From: Glaucostegus cemiculus
Taxonomy: Eukaryota
Direction: 5' to 3'
DNA length: 64,000 bases
NCBI GenBank assembly: GCA_976551045.1
Contig: CDPCPM010000019.1
Span: forward strand, 11,594,001 to 11,658,000
Made by a program: the position numbers and the translations under genes. Of the stretch, positions 28,160 through 41,962 are shown one piece after another. Position 1 is the first letter of the stretch, and every line of letters starts with the position of its first letter. A model generated the notes under the pieces. It ran no database searches, had not been told where the DNA came from, and saw only the letters and a program-made list of their open reading frames with translations.

Positions 28160-28908
28160 GTATTCGACAGGACGAAGAACATGTGGACCAAATCCAATGT
28201 TGTTACCCTGATCACCACTGACCTGAGCTTTGATTGTATATTCAAAAGGTTCCGAAACACTTGCAGGAGACATTCATTGTGATGCAGAATTTAGGGCCAC
28301 CTGAGAGTGGAATGAGAGAAATACAGAAGCGCTTTCCTGCATTTGGTGTATTTCCTGTGGTACAAGTATCTTTTTTTCTTTAAAAAGGTCCAAACTTTCA
28401 ACAACAGCAGCTCCAGCATGAAAACTCCTTGATTTATGAATAGCATGTGGAACCTCGTGTTACAGCTGAAAGGAGAACCATGTGGCCCCAACCTTGAGTT
28501 GTTATATCTTTATCATTTTCTGAAATACCATGGGACAGTTATTTAGCAGCCTTGATTTGGTTCACTTTTAGCAGAGGGGTTTGAACTGGAGAGCATTGGA
28601 AACCCAGGTTTCCTGGTATCTGGTGCCTTTGCGAACTCTCATTGTCAGTTTTGTAAATTATTTTGTTGTAAAAGCAGCATGATTTAACAATTTTCTATTT
28701 TTTGTACAGTTGTAAAGATTCTAGGTTTCTTGCTCGTGTGCTGTCATACAGTGTCAGATGTAAAATAATTAGATTTTTTATGGAAACTTAAGTGCAGTCT
28801 AAAGAATGCACAGCCATAATAGTTGGTTTTCCTGTGTTTAGGCAGCTGGTTGAACTGTCAGTGCTTAAGGGACGACTGTGCTTTTACTGAACATACAGTA
28901 CTAAGCAC

Positions 28909-28914
28909 AATAAA
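28909..28914 (+). terminator. Candidate NELFA polyadenylation signal
   Basis: AATAAA about 750 nt after the stop, followed by T/GT-rich sequence. Confidence 0.6.
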
Positions 28915-31599
28915 ATTACATTGTAACTGGTGCCTGGATATCATAACTGGTTCTTCATTTTGTTTTTAAATATTTGGTGATGCATATATTCAGAGTTACA
29001 TAGAGTTGCATTCATCTATTGGTATTACATATTGCCAGACAATGATCAAATTTCTCTGCTTTAACTACTAACTGTTTATTTTCAGAGTTTTTTTTGGCAG
29101 GTAGGCAAAACAATGCAGCTGCTGCCCAGCCTGGTGAGTAGGAAGGGGTAGTGGGGGTAGGCATGTAGAAAATGTGAGGCAGCCCCAACTACTCACGCAA
29201 TGTCAAGAGGGAAAGAAAAGTTTTTAATGCTGCTTTAAGTTGGTGATCTTTTGAATTTGATTAATCTGTAAAGGCAAATTGGCCCAGTCCAGTCCAGTCC
29301 AGGCATGCTACATTCTGTGGATTTGACTGTTTTCCCCATTTTTGGCTATTATTTAATTTATCTACCTGTGCAAGAAGATGGGAGCTTTTTGGTCCTTGGC
29401 CAAATAGACATTTTCCACTCCTGCAAGCATAACCCAATCAAATCTGTCCACATGAACATATGCACTTTGAGGGTAAAGGTTGGTGATCAGCAGTGTGTAT
29501 CCAGCACACTGTTTTGCAATCCTTCCTCCATTTGCCAAGATCCACTGATACTCACACTGCTGTTTAGACCGAGATCCAAGTGGATTTTTAAGATTTTATT
29601 ATGACTTCTAATTGCAAACAAATTTTGACATTGCCTAAGCAATTACAAAAATGAATTGGCCCATATCAAACTGTAGATGGGGTTCATTCTTTGTTTTTGA
29701 TGCTGTTTGAAAATATATTTTCCTTCTTAAAATGTTCAGGCAAAAGTGCTACTGTGTGAAGTAGGGAGGGATAGGAAGGCTATTTGTGATGAGAATAATT
29801 TTGCGTCCGCTCCTTGGTTCTTAGAAAATGGTATTTCAGTCTTTACTGAAGATAAATACGGAAATGTCTTCATGCCCCAGCTAGAAGTGAAAGTTCAGGA
29901 TGTCTTATTTGAACAAGTTCTTTGTCAGCTCAAATGGTGTAGAGGTATATCTACTGCTTGGTTTCAAGCAGAATGTAAAGGCCTTCAGATCTATAAACTT
30001 TTTTAAAAACAAAAACCTGGAGCATCTGAAGGAGTGGAAATTTGAATATCTTAAACTGATCTATAATTTATGATGCAGTTTACCAGCTTCTGTATTCTTT
30101 CCAAAGTTGTCTTGTGCAGCAAATTTTGCCATAATTATTTGATGAATAATTCAGACTATTATGGCCATCACTTCCTGGGCACTAGTCCATTGCCTTGTAA
30201 CCATACATCTTGAAGAGATTCAAAACTGATTATTAGTAGGTGGTTTAATGTTACATGGGACTTCCACCAAACAGACCACTTTTTAAAAAAGACTGTAAAA
30301 CCCACCACAATTTATTTTCTACAGTTGGGGTGATCTTAACCTGGATGAACCTTTTAAATGTGCTTCATGAATGTAGTTTTATACTTGAGATTGTTCAAGT
30401 GGTAATGTTGCTTTTTAGATAAAAATTTCAAATTCCTGACATCTGATAATTTGTATACTGAAGGGAGGGAGATGTACCTACTGGCCTGAAATTGGTAATA
30501 AAAATCAACATTTATAATAGAGGAAGAACAGTATCCTTAAGCATGCAGCTAAATTCAATTTGCAGGAATTTGAAATTAATATTTCAATATTATCATTTGC
30601 CTTTTAATAGCTGTATTACCAAAAGGTCAAATAGGAGAGGGTGACAAGTATAATACCAAAAGATTGTCAATGTTATCTGGTAGAATGTATTTTAGAAGAT
30701 AGATTTGGCTTTAATAAAGATTGTGAACCTTCACAATACTAAAAATGAGGCTGTCTACTCCTTGGACTTGGGAGTCCAAATGTGGCATGTGACCAAGGAA
30801 CAGTTCTAAGTAGCAAGATATTAAAACCTTAAACTGCAGCTGCTAGAAATCCAAAAACACTGCTGCAAATTCTCAAATCATATAGTGCCTAGCAAAAGAG
30901 AAATAGTTAATGTTCTGAAGATTCCAGCTGGGGGTTCATATGAGGTAGCATGCTTTCAAACCTGTTAACTTGTTGGTAACACTAAGATGGAGCAGAATTT
31001 CAGCTTGAGGACAGATCCTGGTATGATGGTGACACTGCAGGTAGTGCTACTGCCTTAGCTCTAGCAACCCAGTTTCAATCCTGATCTCTAGTATCTTTTC
31101 TGAAGTTTGCACATTGTGATCATGTGGGTTTCTCCCAAATTTTTTTCCCCCATGGACTAAAAGACTTGGTAGTTTAATTGGCCACTAAATTGCCCCAAGT
31201 AAGGAGAATCAGGTGAAGTTTATGGGCATGGGAGATGAATGGTTACAGTAAAATGCTTATGGTCAGACCTGACAGACTCAATAGGCCAAATAGCTACCCA
31301 AGTCATAGAAGAACAATTGAAGGATGACACCAGAAATAGCAGATGGTCTGGATTAGTTTAGTCTGCAAAAGACTCAAGTTGATAAGTTTGTTAAAACCAA
31401 AGGATTTCAATGCAAGGGCTTGTTATGGATATCTTTACAGGCAAGGGAAATTTTAAAACAAGAGTACAAACACTAAAATAATTTGAATTCCTTAGTCATG
31501 GGGAAGTTGCTGTGGGAAGTGTTTTTGATATTTGATTTGACAAGTGCCTGCAGGGTAGGTCAAAAATCTCACAATCCAGGATGAGCTAGCCAAATAAAA

Positions 31600-32410
31600 T
31601 TAGCTTGGAAGAATTCAGAGGGTGGTAGTGGAGAGTTTTTTTCCAGATTGTAGGCCTGTGGTGGTGCTGGGTCTGCTGCTTGTCATTATCAATGTGATTC
31701 ACATTAAGTTTGTGAACAACACAAATTAGCAGTTATAGTGGCCTGTAGAGAAGTTTATCTAGGATTACAACAGGAAGTGGGCCAAGGAACTGCAGACAGA
31801 ATTTAAACTTTAAGTTCAAAGTGTTGTATTTTGAGTTAACCCAGGCAGAATTTGCACAGTAAATGGTAAAGGCCTGGAGAGTGTTGTAGAACAGGCAGAC
31901 AGTGGTGAAGATGACATTGTGTTTGCCCTCTTCAGTCAGGGTATTGAGTACAGGGGTTAGGAAATTACAACTAAAATATTGGTGAGGCCACATCTGGAAT
32001 ATTGTGTGCAGTTCTGGTTGCCATAATATAGAAAGTATAATTAAGCTAGAAGGGGTACATGAAAAGATTCACAAGGATGATAGCTGGACTGGACGGTTTG
32101 AGTTATGAGGAGAGATTGGATAGGCTGGGGCTTCCCTTTATTTACTGCTCTTCTCCACCCTGGAAGTTGAGGGAGAAGTTAAGTCATTTTTCTAGGGTAG
32201 GGGAGTCACTGCAAATCTATGCTCTCTACATTAAGGGGAAACCTTTTCCAAGGAGTGGTGGGTATATGGAACAAGCTGGCAGAGGAAGTGGTAGAGACAG
32301 GTACAATTACAATGTTTAAAAGACACTTGAATGTGTGGTTTGGAGGGATGAGTGCCAAATAGGACTAACTCAAGTTAGGCAACTTGGTTGGCATGAATGA
32401 GTTGGATTGA
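31600..32410 (+). mobile_element. Degraded CR1 RT/3' fragment
   Basis: RPHLEYCVQFW and KRFTRMIAGL..LSYEERL motifs. Confidence 0.8.
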
Positions 32411-33122
32411 AGAGCACAGCTGAGAGTAAGGATGATCACACAAGCCATAGACTATATTGCATCATATGGTTCATTCAGGAGTCAAAACTAATACAAGAGC
32501 TCAGAGGGCCACCTGTAGTGACTTACCTAGAAATAAAAAGGAAAATGTTGTACATTGCATCATGTAAGACACTACAATTTATTGCTGTTTTCTTCAAATC
32601 AAAATTTAATGTTTGGCTTATGTAAAGCATCACAAAACTCATACAAATCCAACACACTCCCTAAATACAAACCCTCTGGCTGATGCAAGTGAACAATTTT
32701 GTATGCATTGCATATTGTCACTTCTGAAAGATGCACCAAGTGGCAACAATGACCTGCTCTCTATAGAATTTGCCTCTCCTATGGAATCTCTAATACAACT
32801 TAATTTTGGAAGAAATAATTAAGCACCTTAAGATAGCTTAAATATTTTGATTTTACTGTACTTGATCCAACTTCAACAGGGTACTACCTTATGATACCCT
32901 GGCTAGTAAGCTGACTTTCAACTAAATCTGCATGTGTCTACAGGGCACAGTATTTCCAGAGTCAAATGGGGCAGGTGGGACTTAAGAGCATAGGGAAAGG
33001 AACATTGTGATAGTGTAAATTAAGTGTTTACCTCCAAGAAATTACAGTCAAAATTAGTGCTGAGTGCCAGGAGGAAAATCTATTGTTGCCCTCAATCCAC
33101 TTGTGCAAGTGCTGCCCCTTAG

Positions 33123-33128
33123 TTTATT
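33123..33128 (-). terminator. Candidate INO80B polyadenylation signal
   Basis: TTTATT on + (AATAAA on -) about 390 nt past the stop. Confidence 0.5.
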
Positions 33129-33512
33129 TTAATTCAATGTCAGAGGAACAGCAAATGTCAGGCAGATACAAAACACGGTTGAGATGAAGTTAAAAAAACT
33201 GGATACAACCATATCATTCCAAGTAAGGATTCTTGCAGTGGTACCTGATGTTTTCTTAATTAATGCCATTCACTACAAGTGACCAAACTGTAGAATACTT
33301 TGCATGAATCAATCCCACCACTGTGATAAATAACTTCTGACAAAAAAAACAGATCCAAATTGTAATCACAAGAGATGTCAAACAAAGCACAACAGACCTT
33401 TTAACTTTCTCCATTAGCATTCCACTGCTAAATGAGATCATTCCCGGTTAATGAACCAGTTCATAGCCAGCAACATTCTGGGATTTGTTCACCTCTAGAA
33501 ACTCAGCTCTCA

Positions 33513-33971
33513 TCAAGCCAAACCTTGGATCATCAAATTCTTTTTGTAGCACTCAAGGCTGCAGAGAGGTAATCCAGTTTTAGAACAACAGTATTTCTTG
33601 AAGTTTGAGCAACCCTCAACCCCACAGGTAATTGGTATGGGTACAGGCATCAAGGGTGCTGGCAATGGGGCAGGACATCCATGTGGAAAGGACACAGTAA
33701 TCCCTGCAGCATTATTGGAATATCTAATCATTGGACAATGCATTCCCTTGGTCCTTCGGTCCCTCAATGTTTTCACTTTTGCCTTATTGGTTTTTGTTAG
33801 CCGCTCAATTGTTTGGTTTTTGCTGTCTTCAGCTTTCTTGGCAGCCTGCAGACGTCTCTTTCGAGCACGTTCAGCTCGTTTCACCATCATTTCCTCAGTC
33901 ATCTCCTTCACTTTGTAGCCCATGGGCAACTCCAGGAGTGGTTGGCTTTGTTGCTTATGTAGCAAGGCACG
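33513..33971 (-). CDS. INO80B: INO80B exon 5 (PAPA-1 region and C-terminal zf-HIT-like Cys cluster, stop)
   Basis: atgcag|CGT. RALLHKQQSQPLLELPMGYK...KRAERARKRRLQAAKKAEDSKNQTIERL...CGVEGCSNFKKYCCSKTGLPLCSLECYK. The five exons sum to 966 nt (321 aa plus stop). Confidence 0.96.
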   Translation of the reverse strand, partial: RALLHKQQSQPLLELPMGYKVKEMTEEMMVKRAERARKRRLQAAKKAEDSKNQTIERLTKTNKAKVKTLRDRRTKGMHCPMIRYSNNAAGITVSFPHGCPAPLPAPLMPVPIPITCGVEGCSNFKKYCCSKTGLPLCSLECYKKNLMIQGLA

Positions 33972-34212
33972 CTGCATAAATAAAGAACCATTAGAGAAAT
34001 GGAGTAAATACTATTAACTCAAGGTAGAGGTTATAATCTGAAATAATCCCTGAAAAGGTGATGGAATCAGACTCAGTAATAAATGTATATCCAATTTCCT
34101 TTTGCATATTAAATGAGCTATGGGAATAATTGGACTGCTATTTCTAAGAATAGTACGGGCACAATTTACCAAATGCACATCTCTGTACATGAGTTTAAGT
34201 GCCCAATGACAA

Positions 34213-34945
34213 TCAGAATCAGTTTTATTGTCACAACCATATACATACATAGTATGCATAGGAGCAAGATACCGTCCTCCTCAGGTGCTCGTCCCATTAA
34301 ATAACAACCAACACAGACACACTTAACAGAATAAACATTAAAAACTACGGAAGTTAAATTTAAATTAATACACAGATTAAATTAAAAATGGCCAGTAAAT
34401 AAATAAATAGTTCTTAAAGTGAACGGGCTGGTGGCGGGCATTTAAAGTGCTGGTGCATTTCTGTGCACCTAGCATCTCTTAGTGTTAACAAGGAAGATGG
34501 AGGGATGAGAGAGTTTGCAGTTCTGATGGCTTGCGGAAAGAAGCTATTGTTCAGCCTGGACGTTCTTGCCCTGATACATTTAAGCCTCCTCCCCAATGGC
34601 AAAATTGTAAAGAGGTGATGGGAGGGGTGAGAAGGGTCGGCCATTATGCTTTTGGTCTTCCTCACACAATGGTCTTTGTATAAGTCTGCGAGGGATGGAA
34701 GCGAGACACCTATGATCCTCTCCGCAGCCTTAACTATCCTCTGGAGGGACTTCCGCCCAGCAGCTGAGCAGCTTCCAAACCAAACAGTGATACATTGGGT
34801 TAGGATGCTCTCAATGGTCCCTCTATAGAAGGTTTTCATAACGGAGGGATGGGGGTATGCTTTCCTCAGTCTCCGCAGGAAGTAGAGGCGTTTCTGAGCT
34901 TTCTTCGTGAGGGCCGTAATGTTAGTGGACCAGGTCAGGTCGTAA
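34213..34945 (-). mobile_element. 5'-truncated Rex1/Babar-clade LINE with open C-terminal ORF, in INO80B intron 4
   Basis: KKAQKRLYFLRRL..FYRGTIESILT..PSHP..RTSRLNNSFFPQAIR; its 3' UTR is shared with 63365-63677. Confidence 0.85.
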
Positions 34946-35589
34946 GTATCTGGGGTAACAATAAACCATAAAACTAGGCTAAATAATGCATGTGGCTTTA
35001 TTTTGCAAATGTAATTTTGCTGTCCTGCAGCCTGTACACCTAATGCCTTCCTCCTGGTTTTACAGATTAAAGGAAGAAATAACTCAGTGGTGTATGGGAT
35101 GCTGGAGTGCAAGGTCAAGTTCTTTTGAAAGAGCAAATACCAAAAGCAACCACAATACTGCAACAGTGACAACTAATTGGCTAGATTGAGCTGAAGTCTA
35201 CACCATTAGACTGTTCCCTGAAGCCCTTAGCTCAAAAATGTTTGTGCCTTGCCACTGCAAGGCAAAAACAACATGATCCAGGATTTGTGAGATCAAGTGG
35301 AATACTTGCCTGTCAACCTAATCAGGCCTGGAAAAGAAAGTGAGAAGTGACGTAAAAATTTGACTGATTCACTTAAAGATGGGAACACTGGCTGCAAAGG
35401 GACAAAAGCAGAGACATTCTCCAAGAACAATTCTACCACTAGAGTGAATCAAAATCATATAGCATGCTCGGACTGCCATTTTCCTCCACAGAACTTGGGC
35501 AAACATTCTCGTAATACATCCCAAGACAAACAGGAGCAAGCCACGTGGCCCCAAGCCTGCTCTGCCTTTCAACAAGATCACACTCCACA

Positions 35590-36400
35590 TTCCTGCCTGA
35601 TCCCCAGAACCCTCAATTCCCCTTCAGAGCAAAAGTAAATTTATCTACATTGGCCTTGAACCTATTCAATGACTCAACCACCACCAACTCCAAACATTCA
35701 CCACACTCAGAAGAAATTCCTCTTTGTCACCATCTTAAATAGGCAACCCCTTAATTTGAAGCCATGCCCAATTCTAGAATCCTCCCAAGCTTGTTTAATT
35801 AGATCACTTCTCATTCATCTAAACAGTCACAAGTGTAGCCCTGCATGCTCAAATCTTTCCTCATAAGACAGCCCTCTCATCCCAGCAACCAACCTGGTGA
35901 ATTTTGTCCAGATTCTAAAATATATCCTTCAATAAACCAGACTAAAACTGTAAAGTAACAAGTACTTCAGTCTCACCAACTTCCTATACAGGTGTAGCAA
36001 GGCTTAAGTTAATTTTTTTTGTTGAAGTATTTCATTGTTTGCTTCCAACTCATTTGCTGTACATGAATCCAAGCCACCACTCGTGCATGTGGACACCCAG
36101 ATCCTTGTACAACAGATCCCGCGGTGTCTCTCCCCCTCCCTGCCTATCAAACTGAATAACCTCATTTCTCCACGTTATACTTAGTTTGAAAAGGTTAAGT
36201 GAGCTGCCAACGTTTGTATTTGTTGTAACTTGCTTTTCCAGTTACCTTGGAATCAGCATCATATTCAAGTGATATACTCAGTCCCTTCACCCTAGCTGTT
36301 AACATAGATAGCTAAGGCCCCACCACTGATCCCTGCTTTACCCTACTAGTTAAAGAATCTGAAAATGACAGTAATATTTTTGTTAACCATGCCCTACATT
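35590..36400 (-). mobile_element. Degraded CR1 fragment
   Basis: Reverse-complement CR1 3' motifs (aagaaattcctc, cccagatcc, cactgatccctg). Confidence 0.55.
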
Positions 36401-37556
36401 TGCTAATTTATTACTTCCAATACCATGAACTCTTGTCAATTAATTTCCCTTGTGAACTGTTGTTTTTCCCACCACCCATTCCAGAGCAGTTTGATGCATA
36501 AAAACTCACTCAGCTTTGGCTCTTCTGTCAGTGGCTGTCAACAATCCTCCCACGTGAAATGATTTCTCTGAATTTATATCTTCGAGTCCCTTCATTACTT
36601 TTGAAGGTCTCCTTATAAACATTCTTTTAACTCCACTTCACATACTCATCTCTGAACCATGAAGACCACAACTTGCTCCTTAATGCAGAGGTCAGAACAT
36701 GACATAACATCCACCTTGGGCTAAAATAGTGAATTACAAGTAGTTTTGCATTTCCTCCTTGTTCATTTTTACTTTTGATCATTTATAAAAAAGGATTGCA
36801 TTTACTTCTACAATCTCTTCAACTTGTAAAGATTTGTGCATACAAACTCCAGGTTTCTGTTCCTGCACCCAGTTTAAAATGTTCCTCACTCAAACTTCCA
36901 AATTACATTTCACTGCATTATATTTACTCCACTATGCAAGTACACTTTCAGTTTGCATGCATCCTTCTGTTACTATTATCCTCAGTCTTTGCTATTTCTC
37001 AGTTAATGCCATCTGTAGACTCTGCATTAGGACCAGCAGCACATGGACATAATTTCCAGCTCTGGAATATCCACTTCCCACCATGCTGAAAAATATTTGG
37101 CTGCTGCTCTGCTATTCACCAATTATGCATCCATGCTGCCACTACCCCATTAACTGAATGGACTTCAATTATTCTCTTATCATGTGGTACTTCAAAGTGT
37201 ACACACACTTAATCAACCACACTACCTATGGGCATAATTTACCTTTATCAGATCTGTACTGTCATCTATTAAGCCACATTGAAGGCTTCATGGAGCTGAA
37301 AGGGCTTGGATTGCTACCAAAGAACAAAAAAAACAATAAAAAGATACGTGCTTTTAATAAAATGTAACTTTGTTGAGAGCTTAATGTGCAATTAATACAG
37401 AAATCCCACAGGTTTTAATATAACAGTTTTATGAAACAAGGATATGGTGTAAATCAGCCAATTATTGGAGATTGGAAACTCACACTGCATCTTAGTTCAT
37501 TGAACCTGCTGACTAATTTGATAATAGAATTTGTTATTATTTTTCCATACTCTCAC

Positions 37557-37729
37557 CTGTCTGGCTGTCAGCAGAGATTCGTCAATCTCCTTCTTTAGTT
37601 CCCCATTGTCATCAAGCTCTCCTTTTTCTAAAGCATCCAGCCATCGTTGCTCCTCATCCTGTTCTGGTTCCCGAAGACTTTCCGAATCCAGATCTGGTAG
37701 AGGAGATGGATCCAAGTTGCTCTCCTCAT
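37557..37729 (-). CDS. INO80B: INO80B exon 4
   Basis: ctgcag|AT...CAG|gtgaga. (D)EESNLDPSPLPDLD...EEQRWLDALEKGELDDNGELKKEIDESLLTARQ. Confidence 0.95.
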
Positions 37730-37899
37730 CTGCAGATATGTTCATATGGGTCATTTGGGACACTTAAAAGTAGTAACACTTTGCATTACTTGAACATTTT
37801 ATATTTATGTAACAGAAGATTAAAGGTGCACATTGTTAGTTTAAAAAGGGAATTTGTGGCAAAGAAAAAACTAATTTTGACTAATCATAAATGGATAGG

Positions 37900-38390
37900 G
37901 TCAGTTGTAGAGCACAGAAATGGTGCCTTTAGCCCACCTTATCCATGCCAACTGTTGTGCCCATCTACACACCCTATCTACTCACTTTAGGATTGTATCC
38001 TTCTATGCTTTGCCTATTCAAATGCCTAAGTGCTTCAAACGTAGTAACTGGACTCAATTCCACCACCACCTCCAGCAGAATTCCAGATATCAACTACAAT
38101 ATGCACAAAACATACCAGGTATCCTCTAAAACACCTACCTTGCACCTTAAACCTATGTTCTTTTGATTTTAATACCCCTACCATGAGGAAAAGATCTACC
38201 TCATCTACATCTCTCATAATCTTACACTTTTTTTAAAACAAAAGCACAACACCCCTCAGCCGCCTTCACTCTATAGAAAACAAACCCAGCCTATCCTATC
38301 TCTCCCCATAACTAAAGTCCTCCAGTCCAGGGATCACCCTGGTGCATCTCCTCTGCACGCTCTCCAGTGCGATCACATCCATCCTATAGT
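37900..38390 (-). mobile_element. CR1 3' fragment
   Basis: Reverse complement of the LERVQRR / LSYGER region and a CR1 3' UTR. Confidence 0.75.
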
Positions 38391-39479
38391 TAACCCTAGA
38401 AAAAAATTGCAACACAGCCATTAGCATCCCTTTGAAATATATTCCAAGTCAAGAAACTCCATTGCTGCTATCATTTAGGGACATAGAGGCCATTTTTGCT
38501 TTACAAACACATGACTTGTGGACACCCCCTACATAGGACTGAGCTCCCAAAATATTAAAATTGGAAGTCTGACATATACATGCATTCAGTCCTATAATGA
38601 CAGAAATAGTTTCCCCTCTACATTCAGTAAATTTTCTTTATTACTCTTGTGTACTTTTGATGCCATACTTTGGAGATACAGCTAGCAGAGAGTGATTTGT
38701 GTATTTACCAACTTACAAAAATCAACTTATGGTTGTCCATAAAAACAGAACCCATTTGTTACCTAGATACATATCATAAGGATAATGCCAATTATGCTTT
38801 ATCAAAACAGACAACCTTGAACAACCAGAAAGGGAACAAAGAAGCTGTGAAGTCTCAGTCCAGAAGTAAGCTTTGTCCCTACAACTATATGCATGGCAGT
38901 CTTGCCCATTTTGATTCCTGCATGACTGTTGTATACTTGAGGAGCTGGATACAAAAAAAAAATTGGGAAAGAGGAGAGACCAATGATTCTCACTCTGATG
39001 GGGAAAAATTGGTAAGTTGTTCCTTTTTTTTGGTGAGAGAGAAAGATTTACCTGGACTGGGGAACTGGAATTATAATACCAGGTATATTAAATGCAGAAG
39101 GAAACTGATAAAGCAAATCTTCATAAGCGTGTAGAATACATATTAAATAGCAAATTAATATCAATATATATAGTTGTATGTATTTCAATTACAGATATTT
39201 CAGTGAAAGATAATTAAGGTAGCCCTAAATTCCTTGAAAAGGTCTAATCAATGCTAAGCAGTAAAGGAATCTAAGAGTGCCAGATTCATAAATGAATAAA
39301 GAGCATTAACATAGATTACATGTACCATAAAATTCCACATAAAGCCAAGGTTCATTTCAAGGGGGAGTGATGACTAAAAGCAAAAGCTACATTAAATTTG
39401 AAAAGAGCCTAGACTAAACCAGATATGGATTCTTGCTCTTTTTCCCTCATGTCTGTATTGTTTTGCTTCTTGGAAAGGT

Positions 39480-41150
39480 ACAAGTGGGGAAACCACAGGG
39501 ATCAATGCTGGAGCCTCAACTTTTTACAACACATATAAAGGCACAAAAAGTAGTTGACAAATTTGCCAATGACACGAAATGGATAGGAAAAAAAGTTGTG
39601 AAGAGAACATGGAGTCTACAAAGGGATGCAGCTAGGTTGAGCAAAGATTTGGCAAATGGAGTACAAAATGTGGGAAAATGTGGAATTGCCCATTTTGGTA
39701 GGAAAAGTGAAAAAGCTGCATAAATGATGAAAGATTGTGGAGCTAAGAAGTAGAGGATTCTGGATGTCCTGATGTACGATTGACAAAATCCTAACTTTAA
39801 ATACTTCCAGTACCTCCATGTTAACAATATTTATTGCTAGGGAAATTGAATTGAAAAGTAGGGAGATTATGCTTCAGTTACACAGAGCATTGGCGAGACC
39901 ACACCTGGAATAATGGTCTATTTAAGAAAGTTAATGCAGTGGAAGCAATTCGAAGTTTGACCAGACTTATACTGGGAGTGGACAGATTGTCTTCTGAGGA
40001 AAGATTGAACATGTTAGGTTTGTACATGCAGTAATAGGGGACTTTAACGAATGTACAGTCTTGAAAGGATCACAATAGAATGGATGTGCAGAATACATTT
40101 CCATTTGTGGAAAAATCTAGCAGTAGAGGGTCACCACTTAAAGACAAAGGCTTGAGACAAAGACAAATCAATGGCTTAGTGGGAGAAGCCACAGAGTGGC
40201 AGTAAATGGTTGTCTCTGACTGGAGGCCTGTGACTAGTGGGATGCTGCAGGGATTGGTGCTGGGTCTGTTGTTGTTTATCATCTATATTAATATTTAGAT
40301 GTGGTAAACTGGATCAGGAAATTTGGAAAAATTTGATCACCAAGATTGGGGGCGTAGTGGACAGCGAGGAAGGCTATCAAAAGTTGCAGTGTGATCTTGA
40401 CCAGCTAGGAAAATGGACCGAAAAGAAATGGCAGATGGAATTTAATGCAGAGAAGTGTGAGGTGTTGCACCTTAGGAGGGCAAACTAGGGTAAGACTTGC
40501 ACAGTAGGGCTGAGGTGTGTGGTAGAACAAAGGGATCTGGGAATACAGATCCATAATTCCTTGAAAATGGCATCACAGGTAAATAAGGTTGTAAAAGGAG
40601 TTTTTGGCACATTGGTCTTCATAATTCAGGGCACCGAGTACAGGAATTGGGATGTCATGTTGAAGTTGTACAAGACGTTGGTGAGGCCAAATTTAGAGTA
40701 TCATGCGCAGTTCTGGTCACCTACCTAAAGGAAAAATATCAATAAACTTGAAAGAATACAGACCAAATTTACAAGGATGTTGCCAGGACTTGAAGACCTT
40801 AGTTACAGGGAAAGGTTGAGTAGGTTAGTGGTATACAAAATTATGAGGGGTATATAGGTAGGGTGAATGCATGCAGGCTCTCCCACCCCCCCCCCCCCAA
40901 AGGTTGGGCGAGACTAGAACTAGAGGACATAGGGTTAGGGTGAAAGCTGAAATATTTAAGGGGAATCTGAGGGAGAATGTCTTCGCTCAGAGGGCAGCGC
41001 ATGGAACGAGCTGTTAGCAGAAGTGATAGATTCAGGTTCAATTGTAACATTTAAGAGGCTTAAATAGGTACAGAGATGGGAGGGGTTTAGAGGGATAGGG
41101 TCTGGGTGCAGGTAGATGGGACTCGGCAGAAGATCAGGTTGGCATGACCC
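39480..41150 (+). mobile_element. Two tandem degraded CR1 RT/3' fragments
   Basis: PQGSMLEP/KFANDTK (39433-39723) and QMEFNAEKCEV/LVRPNLEY (40237-40728). Confidence 0.8.
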
Positions 41151-41604
41151 TATAAAGCAAAATTTCTTCTTAGAATCAAGTCTTTCAAACTCTTCCTCAA
41201 AGTGTTGTAGAAAAAAGACTGAATATAAAGACAGTCACAGAGATACTTAATGGGAAAGGGGTAAAAGGTAACAGTCAGAAGGGAACATGGGGAGGTGATG
41301 TTACAAGCAGATTAGCCTTGATGTTTTAAATAGCAGAGCAGAGATGAGGGACTTACTCTTCCCTGTAATTCATATGTTCTTGCAGGGACTTAAATAACTT
41401 CAACTATCAATATGGTTTTAAAATCATTGTTCATCAAGCTAGAGGATGCTGACAAAAATCAGCACTTAAGAGCAGAAGATACTATCCACAATGATACAAA
41501 TCAATCAGCAATCCACCAGACAAGGCTGGGGAGTGGCTCAGAAGCCCAGAGAAAACTGAAGAGAAACCAAATGATTCTTGAGAGATAAGACAAGCAACAC
41601 TTAC

Positions 41605-41714
41605 CCAGCCAGGCCCGATACTGGTCCAACGGCACTTCATCTGGTTCATCATCATCAACCATCAGAGGGGATGGAGACTGCTTTAGCTCAGGGGCCAAGG
41701 AGAAGTGTGGCACA
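41605..41714 (-). CDS. INO80B: INO80B exon 3
   Basis: taacag|T...G|gtaagt. (S)VPHFSLAPELKQSPSPLMVDDDEPDEVPLDQYRAWL. Confidence 0.95.
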
Positions 41715-41962
41715 CTGTTACACAAAAAACAAAATGCATGTTACAGGCAGGGTTATTAATCGTACAGGCAGCTTGGAGAGCAAGGCAACTAATTAGGAGA
41801 CAAGAGACTGCAGACGTTGGAACCTGGAGCAATGAACCATCTGCTGCAGGGACTCAGCGGGTCGAGCAGCATCGGGGGGGAGGGAGGGAGAGGAAATGTC
41901 AACATTTTGATTTGAAACCCTGCATCAGGGCTGAGTTGAAAACTGAGATGGTCAATATAAAA

